Assembly: GCA_030390025.1 (NCBI GenBank)
Contig: JASTWF010000361.1
Location: forward strand, 434,001 to 477,621
Source: Squalus acanthias
Taxonomy: Eukaryota
Reading direction: 5' to 3'
Length of the DNA: 43,621 bases
Shown here: piece after piece, positions 10,549 through 22,637 of the stretch
Numbering within the stretch: the stretch's first letter is position 1
Layout of the letters: each line of letters starts with the position of its first letter
Program-made: the position numbers and the translations under genes
Notes under the pieces: generated by a model
Told to the model about the DNA's origin: nothing
Database searches by the model: none
What the model saw: only the letters and a program-made list of their open reading frames with translations

Positions 10549-12900
10549 ATGGAACGGATTCTGGTAGTGCTCGCGGCAATCGGATGTGGACTGGCCTATC
10601 GAGGCCGCACCAAGGATGTCGTGGTGTTTGGATGCTCCGGGGAAACGGCCCCCATCGCGGTAGATGGGACCGGGAGGCGAGAGGCTGAGGAGACCGCCAC
10701 TTATTTCCATAAGGGAAGGTATCCAGGATGGCTGGGAAGGAATTCAACTGAATATTCCAGTACATCGTGATTTGCCTATAAAGAGACTTCTTTGATGTGC
10801 CCCAAAGTGAGGATCATTGCACCCAGGATCAGCGTCACCGTCGGCAAAAGGATTTGTTTGACTTGTAATGGGAATGTCCCATTGAGCCGATGGTGGTGGC
10901 TACGGAAATTGAACAAGAATATTAGAAATTCTTCGGTTGAGTGGGAGCGATTGGGTAATAATACCCATCGGACAATTACGGGGACTAACGGACAATTGAA
11001 AGTCTGTTGGGACAAATGGTGGGAACCGGATGAGGGAATCTATGTATGTATGTGGGGGTCAAAGCACGTTTGCCCCAAAGGCATATCCATATTTTTCGTG
11101 AATCAGTGGCAGGATAACGGGCAGGGGATGAGGTGGGATGTAAGCACCAGGGGGTGCGGGGCCCCATACTCTCCGATCCCGGTAAACGCCACTGAACTCA
11201 TCACGCGCCCACGCAAGGCCCCGCCCACGATTCCGGTGGTTTTGGCTCAGGAGGAAGGGTGCCCTAAAACTACGAAGGGGCCCGGGAATGGTTTGGTACT
11301 GGTCCCCACAGACCAGATACTATTTCAGGGGGTACATTACGCGGTGGCCTCGGTGATTTTAAATCTCACCGAGGTGCGGTTGCCAGAGTGGTGCCCCAAA
11401 GAGAAGGAACAATGGTACCAGGTCCTGTTGACAAACATGTTTAGACAATTTTACGAGTTTGATTTTGCGGAGATTGACAAAAGAAGCTTGTACACCACAC
11501 CACACGAAGTTTTGGGTCAGGTGGGGAGACAAAGAAGGGGTGTTGTGAACGACATGTTCACTGCATTCAATACAGGGACATCTGTGGTCAACACTCTAGA
11601 TAATGTGGAGTTGCAGACCCAGATTAATGGTTTAAAAACACAATTAAAGAATATTCTTACAGACGAAAATAAGGTGGTAGGGTCTGAGTTACACGAGGAC
11701 CAGGCCATGACGCTACACTTAAAGGAAATCATAGCTGAGCTGGAGAAACACGCGCGTACGGTAAATGCCCTGATCAGGGAAGATCGGAATGCATCCGATC
11801 AAGCTGCGCAGAACGAGGTGTGCGTACTATACGGGGCGTGGTTACTGGGCGAGGGCCGCAGTAATTTGGAGGATTTAAAACAAGGTTTGGTCCCGTCCTG
11901 GATAAGTAACAAACACCTGCAGGCGCTCCACCCTTTTCAGAACGCATTAAGCCCGTGCCAGCTCAGACTAGCCTCAGAGGCATACCCAGTCCCCGTGGAC
12001 TGCGGACGGTCAAACCATACCATTATGGGTATAGTGTTACGTATGCCGGTTTTGGGCTACACAGCAAAGCCCGCCCCGGTGTATCGGGTAGAGAACATTG
12101 GTGTCATTCAGGGGGGAGCCCACATTCGCTACGCAGCGGTCCCACCTTACGTCATCCGCTGGGAGCAAACGATGACAGGTACCGATCTCTCGGGTTGTCG
12201 TGGCCGGGGAGCACACATAATCCTGTGTCCCCAGCACTTGAATGCTTTTTTATCACCACAGTGCGGGTTCAGAACGGCTGGCGCCAAGCCCATGAATTGC
12301 ACCATCGAGGCAATGGCACAAGATCATGTGCCTCCGCAGGTGGCATACATAGGGGGTGGAACATATTGCGTTACCACTGCAGCGCAACACTACCAGCATG
12401 GAAACCGTAGCCGGTGTCCGGTGAGTGACAGCAGTTTCTGTTTTAAACCCAGGGCTGAAGTTCAAGTGGCACAGCAGCGAATTGTCCCGATCCCTGAACC
12501 ATCCACTGTTCATCTTACAGTAAAAGAGAATTTCACAGACTTGCAGCGATTCGTCGCGCATTTCGGATACATCATTCCCCCTCTCCCTGAACACCTCACC
12601 AAGCTTTTGAAAGCCGTCGCGGTATCGCAAAAACATTTTTATAACCTTGAGCAAAAGACTGTCGAGATAGGGTCAGAGATCCTAGACATAGTAATGCCAC
12701 CGTGGTGGGATCTGTTCACCAACATTGAAGTGCCTTCCTGGATTAGAATAGCCTCCCACATTTTAGTTGTATGCCAGGTAATAATTGTAGTGTACCTATT
12801 GGTCGTGCATTGCAAGAGGGGCAAGCGCCTCACAAAACAGGAAAACACGGGAGAGTGGCGAGAGCGTTACGTGCGCGTGCATGAAGAAAGCGCCGCGTAA
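10549..12900 (+). pseudogene. env: Env: signal peptide + Ig-like domain + class I fusion protein of paramyxo/pneumovirus-F-like layout (783 codons, one premature TGA)
   Basis: ORFs 10432-10770 and 10792-12900 are in one frame, split by TGA 10768-10770 (likely CGA>TGA). Signal MERILVVLAAIGCGLA; furin site RQRR|GVV at 11527-11538; heptad repeat; Cys-rich region; TM IASHILVVCQVIIVVYLLVVHC; basic tail. Confidence 0.88.
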
Positions 12901-13341
12901 ACGACCAGAGTGACGTCACTCTAGTTTTTCCATGTGTGTCTCGAATTTGTTTACCGATTGTTATTTTTCTCAGAACCTGTAACTAAGTTTGGAACTCTGT
13001 ATTGTTAAGAGTTATTTTGATTATTTTTGATTTTGTGTCGTTTGAATATGGTTGTTTGATTGTTTGGTTTTTCTTTTCCTTGAATAAAAAAAAACACATG
13101 CATATACAGGTGGTGCAAGAGGCATCGGCCTGTTACACCTGGAAGACATACACGCGGTGTAAGTTAAAGGCAAAATGCTGCCTACGGTTTTATAAAAATG
13201 TAATTTTTTCCCTGGGAAATAAGGACGACACGGAGACCCTAGATAGTTTTAAGTTAAGGGAGTATTTGGATATGGAGAATCGGGATAATGTTGCTCACCA
13301 CCACTTTTTTAATTGATACGATAAGTGGAGTTATTCGCATC

Positions 13342-13353
13342 AACAGGAGGGAC
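13342..13353 (+). promoter_or_regulatory. Polypurine tract
   Basis: AACAGGAGGGAC immediately precedes the 3' LTR TGTAG. Confidence 0.7.
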
Positions 13354-14663
13354 TGTAGAATTCGCAAATTATCGCGATTTCGAAATAACGAGATAGAGAC
13401 ATACAGTTTCGTAAAAACAGCTTTATTTCAGCAAAATGCTGTCATGTTTCAAAACGGACACAAGAAGCCTGTAAAATGGCCGCCGCGCCTCGTGGCTGAA
13501 GTTTCTAGACTTTTCAGTGGGCAGACAAGATGGCCTTTCAATAAACATTTCAGCAAGATCGGACAGTACTCAGCATAATGAAATAAGACAAGACGCGATC
13601 GTTTTGCATTCTGTACACCTAAGAGAATATAAGTGCTGGAATTGGTTTTTCCATGCACAAACGAGGGCTATTGTACTGGGCAATTAAGGGCCAATCCAAA
13701 GACATTGATACGCAAATTCCCCACGGCTCTACGATGAGAGAGACGTTCGCGAGTACTCACAACAAGAATTCGGAGGCCCCCAAAACCCCTCCAGGGAGAC
13801 TCCTAGCCGGTTCCACAATGGGAGAAATATTAACGGGTACTTAGACAGTCACAAGTATCACCGAAACCCATTAACGACAAGAACCACCCCATACAAGAAG
13901 TTTGAGCGCCAAAACATGACAAAAGATGAACATTAAGTTTGGGCGGGAGATAAGGAATTACAGTACTATAACTGTAGTGTCCAAGTGCCCATCGCTCTCT
14001 TATCCTTTTCATTCGCTTGGAATTGTCTCTTGGCTATTATCCCGGACGACCGTTACTCTCTCTTGTTCCGCTGATCCCTTTTGGGGTCGACCTCGTGGCG
14101 CGCTGCGAAATCGGGTGCACCATCCCGAAGGTCGGTAAACGGTGTCTGGACTCGAAGGCCCGAGGAGATGAGATGAGATGAGAAGAGAAGAAGAAGAATC
14201 CACGTGCTGCCGCGGTCAGTAAACCCCGACCGCGCCCGTAAATATAAAGACCATTTTTGAACTCTATCAGGTTGCTGCATGAACTGGTCAAAGACTTTTC
14301 TTCGAATTTTATCGAACTGGTGTCGATCCAGAAAGACTCTTCTTTGAATTCTACTGGCTAACTGGTGTCGGGCACAGGAAGACTTTTCTTTGAGTTCTAC
14401 AGCCGGGCCCGAGCACTGTCGAGTTCTTCATGACAGCAGACGGTCCAGCCTGCTTGCAGCAGCAGAACGAGTAAACAAGTGGGGTACAGAGACCCCTGAT
14501 CAACACGTGAATAGTCAGGTGCTGTGGCGAAAACATCCGAGCATCGTTTTAGAATTCTCCGAGTTATCACGAGTGGTGAGCATGGTTCTAGATCCTACAG
14601 ATCTAGATTAGGACAGGTATTGATAGGGGAGGGATTTGTTTTAAGGATAAGTATAATGCGTGT
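13354..14663 (+). repeat. 3' LTR, truncated (last ~330 bp with poly(A) signal and U5 missing)
   Basis: Near-identical to 2390-~3695 (about 17 substitutions plus a 3-bp indel counted by eye). It stops at the Gypsy LTR TGTTGAG at 14664. Confidence 0.95.
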
Positions 14664-17600
14664 TGTTGAGGCTGCTGCGAAACACGAATGGAGGCTGAAT
14701 CCATATGTGGAAAACAAGAAGCTTTTATTCACTGCATGGCAAAACAAAATGTCTGAGAAAGCTGCTCCCAGAATTCTCTGGGTAAACTCCCAGAATTCTC
14801 TGGGTAAAACCTGAGGCCCCGCCCCCTTCTGCCTTAAAGGGAAGGGGCTGGAATTTGTCCACAGACGGAAGAGTGGATTATGCCCGTTTTAGGTGGCGAT
14901 CCGCCACACAGCTCCCCCCAGAATCCGCTTAGGAGGTGTGGACGAGACGGTGCGGCGGTCTGATGGGCCGGCCGGAGCGGCTCTTGTAGGACGCCGGTGG
15001 ACGTGGGATGGCCGGGCGTGGAGCAGTCGGGTGAACCGGCTTGAGGGCAGGTCGGCCGCGTGGAGGTGGACGAGCTACAGGGACCTGCTCCCCGGGCTCC
15101 AAGTGTGCTGGCTTGAGTCGGTCCACCGACACTTTTTCGGTCCTGTCGCCCACTTGCAGGGTGAAAAATTTGTCCCCAGCCTGTAGCACCTTGTAGGGCC
15201 CGTCGTACGGGGGTTGAAGGGGTCCGCGGTGGGCGTCGTGCCGGACGAAAACAAACCGTGCCTGGTGCAGGCTTAGTGGGACGTGTGAGGTGGATTCGCC
15301 GTGTCGGGCAATGGGCACCGGGGCGAACTGCAGCGCCGGTGAGGCGAAGTTGTGGCGTTGCTGGTCGGCTGACCAAGGTGTCGTGGCGGTGGGCAGGAAC
15401 TCGCCGGGTACGCGCAGCGGCTGACCGTACACGAGCTCTGCTGCCGATGCGTGGAGGTCTTCTTTAACCGCGGTGCGCAGGCCAAGGAGGACCCACGGAA
15501 GTCGGTCAGTCCAGGTGCCATCTTGGAGGCTGGCTCGAAGAGATGCCTTCAAGGATCTGTGGAACTGCTCACACAGTCCATTGGCTTGGGGGTGGTAAGC
15601 TGTGGTGCGGTGGATGGTCACCCCGAGATTGCGTGCGACGGCGGTCCAGAGTTCAGAGGTAAATTGCGGACCTCTGTCCGACGTCATGTCGGAGGGGACG
15701 CCGAACCGTGCGACCCAGGTGCTGACGAAGGCTCTGGCGATGTCGGCAGTGGTGGTAGAGGTCAGTGGAATTGCCTCAGGCCAGCGTGTGGTGCGGTCAA
15801 CGATGGTCAGCAAGTGCGTGTGGCCTTGCGACGGCGGCAGGGGCCCGACGATGTCCACGTGGATGTGGTCGAATCTCCGCGAGGGGACGGTAAACTCCTC
15901 GAGGGGTGCTTTCGTGTGTTGCTGTACCTTGGCACGTTGGCAGGATAGACAGGAGTTGGCCCAAGTACGCACATCCTTGCGAAGGCCGCGCCAGACAAAG
16001 CGGTTGGCTACCAATTTGATGGATGCACGGGCGTCGGGGTGGGAGAGGTTGTGGAGAATGTCGAATATCCGGCGGCGCCAGGACACTGGGACGACGGGCC
16101 GAGGTTGACATAGGGATATGTCGCACTTGACCGTGACTGCGGTCGGGCCACAGGCGACGTCGGCCAGGCGTAGCCCTGGTAGGTTGGTGGGTGCGGAGAG
16201 CAGATCCGGGTCGGTGATCTGGTCTGCTGGAAGTTGAGCGTAGTCGACTGCTAGGTGTGCGGCGTGGATGGTGGGGCGGGAGAGGCAGTCGGCTACCACA
16301 TTGTCTCGGCCGGAGACGTGTTGGATGTCCGTGGTGAACTCGGACACTGCCGCGAGCTGGCGCTGCTGCCTGGCTGACCAGGGGTCGGTTGTCTTTGCCA
16401 TTGCGAATGTCAGGGGCTTGTGGTCGACAAACGCAGTGAAGGGGTGGCCCTCAAGCAAAAACCGGAAATGGCGGACCGCCAGGAACAGCGCGAGGAGCTC
16501 GCGGTCGAAGGTGCTGTACTTGACCTCCGGGGGGCGTAGTTGGCGGCTGAAGAAGGCAAGTGGTTGCCAGGCGCCGTCGACCCACTGCTCATACACGGCG
16601 CCAACCGCGTGGTCGGAGGCGTCCATGGTGAGCGCTACCCTGGCATTGGGCCGTGGGTGCGCAAGCAGGATGGCGTTGGCGAGCGCGGTCTTGGTGGAAT
16701 CGAAGGCGGCGGACGCATCTGCCGTCCATTCGACCGCCATCTTGCCGCTCCTGCCCCGGAGGGCTTCATACAGGGGATGAAGCGGTTATAGAAATTCACC
16801 ATGCACCATCCCGAGGAACTCCTGGAGGCCTTTGATGGTGGTGGGGCGGGGAAATTGTTGGACGGCCTGCACCTTGGTGGGCAGGGGAATGGCCCCAGCA
16901 TGGGTGATGTGGTGGCCGAGGAAGTCGATCTTGTCCAGGCCGAACTGGCATTTGGCTGGGCTGAGGATGAGCCCGTGGTCGCTGAGGCGCCCGAACAGGA
17001 TGCGAAGGTGTTCGAGGTGTTCCTGCTTGGAGGAACTGGCTACCAGGATGTCGTCCAGGTAGACGAACAGGAACTTCAGGTCCCAAAGGACCGAGTCCAT
17101 GAGCCGTTGGAATGCCTGGGCCGCGTTTTTGAGGCCGAAGGGCATCCGCAGGAACTCGAACAGGCCGAAGGGGGTGATTACGGCCGTCTTGGGGATGTCC
17201 GCGGGGTGGACGGGGACTTGGTGGTAGCCGCGCACCAGGTCGACCTTGGAAAAGACTGAGCGGCCGGCCAGTCTAGCCGAGAAGTCCTGAATGTGCGGCA
17301 CGGGGTACCGATCAGGGGTGGTGGCGTCATTGAGGCGGCGGTAATCCCCGCAGGGGCGCCAACCCCCGCCTGGTTTGGGGGCGATGTGGAGTGGGGAGGC
17401 CCAGGGACTGTTGGAGCGGCGGATGATGCCGAGCTGTTCCATGGTGGCAAACTCGGTCCGCGCGATCTCCAGTTTGGCCGGGTCCAGCCTGCGGGCGTGG
17501 GCGTACACTGGGGGGCCTGTGGTGGGGATGAAGTGTTCCACCCCGTGTTTGGCGGGCTCCGCGGAGAAGGTCGGATTGGTAAGGGCCGGGAATTCGGCCA

Positions 17601-18967
17601 GGAGTGCCGAGTAGTCATCCGTGGCCCGGGCGTGGCACTGTGACGCCATGTCGGCGGGTTGACGGGGGGCCATGGCGCCCAGGATGGGGGACATGGTGTT
17701 CATGTCCACGAGGCGGTGACGAGGGATGTCTACCAGTAGGCCGTGGGCGCACAGGAAATCTGCGCTGATGAGAGGGGAGAGCACCTTGGCAGTGATGAAC
17801 TCCCATCGGTAGCGGCAACCAGCGAGGTTGAGGGTGACTGTCCGGGTGCCGTACGTCCGGATTTCCGAGCTGTTAGCAGCAGCCAGTGCCGGTCCTCGTT
17901 CGCCCTTTTGGATGTCGAGGGAGGAGGCCGGGATGATGCTGTGCTGAGCTCCAGTGTCGCACAGGAACCGGCGGCCGGTTTTGTCATCCGTGACGTACAG
18001 CAGGGAGCCCGCGTGGCCCACGGCCATCGCGGGGGCTGGTACGGGGGCGGACTTGAAAGAGCAGGGAGGTGTGCACCATTGTGCCCTGGCGCCGAACCGT
18101 GCGTGGTAGTAACAGTGGCCCGGGTTAGTGGGGCGTGAAGGCCCCGTGGGCCTGGTGGCTGGTCCTTGCGGCCGCGTGCTGGATGGTGAGGGGCGCGCCC
18201 AGGCATTGGCTGCCAGGTCCGGAGTGACGTCGCGGCTGGAGTGAGCGGACAGCAGCTTGTCGGCCTCATCGGCCAGGGCTTCCAGGTTCATGAGGCCGGA
18301 CGCCACGATCGCTGGGCGGATGCTGAGAGGGAGCTGGCGAATGAACAGCGTGCGGAAGAGGGATCCAGGTGGGCTCTCGTCGGTGAGGGAGAGCTTGTGG
18401 GAGAGGAGGTCTGACGGTGAGGCATCACCGAGGCCTGGAAGGTCGAGGAGGTGGCAGTTTCGCTGGTATGCCGAGGCCGTAAATTTTTTAAGGAGCGCTG
18501 CCTTAAGATGTGCGTACTTGCCTTCCTCTGGTGGGTTCTGCAGCGCTGTCCAAACCTTCGAAACTGTGGCGCTACCGAGTGATGTGATGAGGTAGTCGTA
18601 CTGCGTCCCATCTGTGCTGATGTTTCGCAGCCGGAAGCGGGATTCAGCTTGGAGAAACCAGGTTTCGGGCTGGTTTTCACAAAACTCCGGCAGTTTCACG
18701 GAAACTGCGTTCGTGTCCGCCATTGCAGTGCTCGGAATACGTTCTGAGCGTCGGGGTCACCAATGTTGAGGCTGCCGCGAAACACGAATTAAGACTGAAT
18801 CCATGTGTGGAAAATAAAGGCTTTTTAATACAACTGCATGGTCCAAAATGGCTGAAAAACCACTGCTCCCAGAATTCTCTGGAAAAACCCTGAGGCCCCG
18901 CCCACTCCTTTTCTCCTGCCACGGACGGAAAAGTGGATAATGCCCGTTTAGGTGGTGATCCGTCACA
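14664..18967 (-). mobile_element. Ty3/Gypsy LTR retrotransposon copy A (CsRn1-like), mismatched LTRs
   Basis: LTRs at 18764-18967 and 14664-14908; PBS TGGTGACCCCGACG (tRNA-Trp) at 18749-18762; G-rich PPT next to 14909; gag-pol on the minus strand. Confidence 0.95.
14929..18723 (-). pseudogene. Gypsy A gag-pol polyprotein (Gag CHCC, PR, RT, RNase H, IN), one disrupted spot
   Basis: CYYHARFGARAQWCTPPC, LCDTGA, YLDD, DAS, HHCC/DDE, GPY. Relative to copy B there is a 7-bp duplication and a 25-bp deletion near 16770-16810, with a TAA at 16786-16788. Confidence 0.93.
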
Positions 18968-19082
18968 GTGAGTTGGTTTCAGCTGTGATACCCCGCAGCT
19001 GAATATCCTGCTGACACTCTCAGCTCTCACTTGGATGATTTACTGGGGAGTCGTCCGGTGACTGTGTCGGATAGAGTGTACT

Positions 19083-19823
19083 TGTAGGATTTAGTAAACA
19101 TCGTTAAGTTTTTATAACCATTATTAAATAACTATAATATGTGAAATTGTATTTTTAAAACCTAAAAAGCCGGTATAAAATGGCGAATGGCTGAGAAGTA
19201 AAGCATGATGGTAAAATTAAGCCAACATTATGTTAACTGCAAGAATAGTGCTGCGGTCATGTAGATTTTCTGTTATATTAAAAACAAGAAGCCAGTGAAG
19301 GACAAAACATTATTTAAGTCTCAAAGTAAGATGGAGGGTTTTCAATACCCAACATCCCTTATCGCTGAAGTTTCAGACCAGTCTAGATAATGGGCTGTGG
19401 GAAAGGCAAAAGACCTCCGTCATAATTCATGGGAAGTCTGGCTATGTAAAAGTTCTCATACTCAAAGCTCACAGCAGAAAAGGGGAGGGAATCATAGACC
19501 GCACTTGTGAAGGTCAGAATCGTGAGATAGCCCAAGCAGCTGCAAGTTGCTATGTAATTTGAAAGGGAACATGCGAAACCAGAGGATGAGAAGCTTCAGT
19601 CAACAGAACACAGCAAGAGAATAAAGAGACCGCGCCCCAGTCACTGGGAAGGAACGCCGGGGTTCGATGAACAGACTGTGACTATCTCCTTGTTAAGTAT
19701 TACTTCTTCGTACTGGATGTTTAATGCTTAATAAACCTGTTTTACTGATACACAATATACCTGGACCCAGAGTGGTTTGTGTAGTCACGGACAAATTATT
19801 ATAAAGAGCTTTTAAAAGCTACA
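19083..19823 (+). mobile_element. Putative solo LTR (741 bp) of an unrelated family
   Basis: TGTAG...CTACA terminal inverted repeat and AATAAA at 19730-19735. The flanks share only ACT, so there is no clean 4-5 bp TSD. Confidence 0.4.
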
Positions 19824-20719
19824 ACTGTGACATTGTAACCCAGCAAGAGTCAGAACTGTCGGGAGAGGAAGAGGGAGAAAACAGAAAAAAAATCGAAGAG
19901 AAACTGTAGCCTGCAAAACTGTTTGATGGTGCTGTTGGTGTATGTGTGGCAGGCAGAACTGGTCTGTACCTGTACTCAGGGGCACCACAACCAGCAGGTC
20001 ATGGAGTTCGTAAGCCAGGAATTGCTAATGGCGTAAAGTTGCACATATTTCCCACGGTGTAGCCTTCATCTTGCTGTCAGACTCGTACTCATGCATTGCA
20101 ACCAGCAACTAAAACATTGCTGAACTCTGCGCTGTGCTACTGCACACATCACCCAATTTGTCAGGGTGAGGTCAAGTCCAAAAGCCCAGAAGTCCTGCTA
20201 CAGAGGGAGCTGGTACTGTGTCATTTACTAAACATGTAAAAGAGCCTAGCTCTGCAGAAAACAAACAGTGGCCCTGAAATTCGTGATCAGGCGGTTCCTC
20301 TGGGGGCACACCTGGCGCTGCCCTCCACAATTTGCATGGGTCAAGTGGGCACAAGCACCCATTCAGGCATATCTCCAGCATTCGTCAGTCCATGGGGGCG
20401 TTGTCTCGGCTGCCCCCCCACTCTGGCAAGGCTACTCTCGGCAACGGGATAATCAATTATAATTCATCTTTGGGGATCCAGGCCACTTGTCCAGCCTGGA
20501 CCTCGCCAGTGGAGCCCTCATCCACCTTGGGCACATCCCACTGGTGCCTGAGGAGCAGGAACTCACAGTGTGTGGAGAGACCTGCTCCTAGCTCCATCCC
20601 CTGACCATCATTTGCCTTGTGCTGATGGTGCTCCCACAATGTGATTAAAGAAAGAACGAACGACTTGCATTTATACAGTGCCTTTCACAACCTCAGGTGT
20701 CCCTGTGCTTGAGAGCCAA

Positions 20720-21350
20720 CTCGATAGGCAATTCCAGGATTATGACCCAGCGATGATGAAAAAAGGACCATCTATGTCCAAATCAGGATGGTGTATAACC
20801 TGGAAGCGAACTTGGAGATGATGGTGTTCCCGCAACTTCGCTCCTCTTCTTCTTCTCAATGGTAGAGATCACAGGACTGGGCGGTGATGTTGAAGTGACC
20901 TTGGTGAGTTGTTACAGTGCATCCAGTAGATCGAGCACACTGCAGCTACAGTGGTGAAGAGGGAGGTTATTGAGTCCAGCAGCTGGGGAACCAATCAAGT
21001 GAACTGCGCTATTATGTACAGTGTCGAGCTTCTTAGTGTTGTTGCAGCTGCACCCAGCCAGGTGAGTGAAGAGTATTCCATCACACTCCTGACTTGAACC
21101 CTGTCCGTGATGAGAGGCTTTGATGGGTTAGGAGGGGAGGCACTTGTCATGGAGTACCCAGCCTCTGTCCTGCTGTTGTAGCCATGGTGTTGGTAATGCT
21201 GGTCTGGTTAAGATTCTTGGTGCTTATTGGTGACCCCCAGCATGTTGATGGTGAGAGATTTAAGGATGGTGGTGCATTGAAGGTTGGGGAGATAACTCGG
21301 CCTTTTCTTGTTGGAGATGGTCATTACCTGGCACATCTATGCTACTTGCC
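20720..21350 (-). mobile_element. Old, degraded LINE fragment related to the LINE at 22638-25156
   Basis: TTCCAGGATTATGACCCAGCGATGATGAA, GAGTATTCCATCACACTCCT and TGTTGGAGATGGTCATT match the younger copy, with many changes. Confidence 0.7.
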
Positions 21351-22637
21351 AATTTGAAGCCCAAAGTGCAGCCAGAAATTGAGCAGCAGCCCCTTCAAAT
21401 AATGGAAGAGGGGCTGCACAGGCCATGTCTAGGAGTGTTATCCAGATCTCAACAAGCTGGGTTTGCACACTAGATAGCCTCTCGGATTCAGTGTCATTGG
21501 TCGTTTCCGTAAGTTGACCTAGGACATGGGTCAGACTTTGCTCTGTCCATTAACTTGGTAAACAATATTGAAACATGGGGATTGCAATAAACAAACCTTA
21601 CTCCATACACTGGTTACTGGAATACATCAGGGGCCACGATATGATTCTCTCTCTTTGAAACCAGACTCCATATACACTCATACCAGACCAAGACTCGTGC
21701 TTAGAATCAAGTGGTTTAACTTATGTAGCCAGATGAATCAACAGTAAATGGTGTAACACAGAGGAACATACATTACTCTACTCTCCTCAATGCATAAAAT
21801 ATGTAGATTTTAAAATATAGACTAACTTCTTAGCATGTGTAACAAGCTACTGTTTAAAAACTAGCTCAATTATCTTTGCTGGTTGGCTCAAAACCTTAAA
21901 ACATAGACAGCCCTTAGGCTCCTGGCTGCAGCTCCAACTCTGACAGCAGGCTAACTGTTAATGACACCTGACCCTAATACAAGCCATAATTGGGGAGAGC
22001 CCTCGCCACAGCTGTCCAGAGGGGTCTGCAGCCAATGACTCTATCCCCTTCTCAAGGAACCAGGCATGGTTGTCCATTAAACTTACTATCCCTGTTTGAC
22101 ATCTGCTTCTTTGTTTCATCAAATCATAGAATCATACAGCACAGAAGGAGGCCATTCGGCCCATTGTGCCTGTGCCGGCTCTTTGAAAGAGCTCTCCAAC
22201 TAGTCCTACTCGCCCTGCTCTTTCCCCATAGCCCTGCAAATCTTTCCCCTTCAAGTGTTTATCCAATTCCCTTACGAATGTTACTATTGAATCTGCTTCC
22301 ACGGCAGTTTCAGGCAGCGCGTTCCAGGTCACAAGAACTCACTGCGTGAAAAAATTCTCCTCATCACACCTCTCGTTCTTTTCCTAACGACCTTAAATCT
22401 GTGTTCTCTGGTTCCCGACACTCCTGCCACTGGAAACAGTTTCTCCTTAGTTGCTCGATCAAAACCCCTCGTGATTTTGAACACCTCTATCAAATATCCT
22501 CTTAACCTTCTCTGATCTAAGGAGAACAACCCCAGCTTCTCCAGATAATGCAAGTCTTTCATCCCTGGTACCATTCAAGTAAATCTGCACCCTCTCCAAG
22601 GCCTTGACATCCTTCCTAAAGTGCAGTGCTCAGAATT

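Larger units (their letters stand above)
2390..14663 (+). mobile_element. Endogenous retrovirus-like provirus (lokiretrovirus-like): LTR-PBS-gag-pol-env-PPT-LTR, defective, 3' LTR truncated
   Basis: Direct repeats at 2390 and 13354 (offset 10964), PBS, PPT, gag/PR/RT(YVDD)/dual RNase H/IN and an env ORF. The lineage label is inferred from the dual RNase H plus F-like Env. Confidence 0.9.

Noticed and set aside
10432..10770. Separate small gene upstream of env
   Set aside because: It is in the same frame as env and carries the signal peptide, so it is the env N-terminus cut off by one TGA.
11473..11487. Second furin site (IDKRS) releasing an RSV p27-like peptide
   Set aside because: It lacks the R-x-x-R consensus and cannot be supported from one copy.
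14834..18680. Many overlapping and antisense ORFs in the Gypsy elements (also 30514-34285)
   Set aside because: These are shadow ORFs expected from high GC content.
20268..20640. Additional Harbinger MITE starting GGCCCTGAAATTCG at 20270
   Set aside because: Only one TIR-like end is visible; no matching end or TSD was found.
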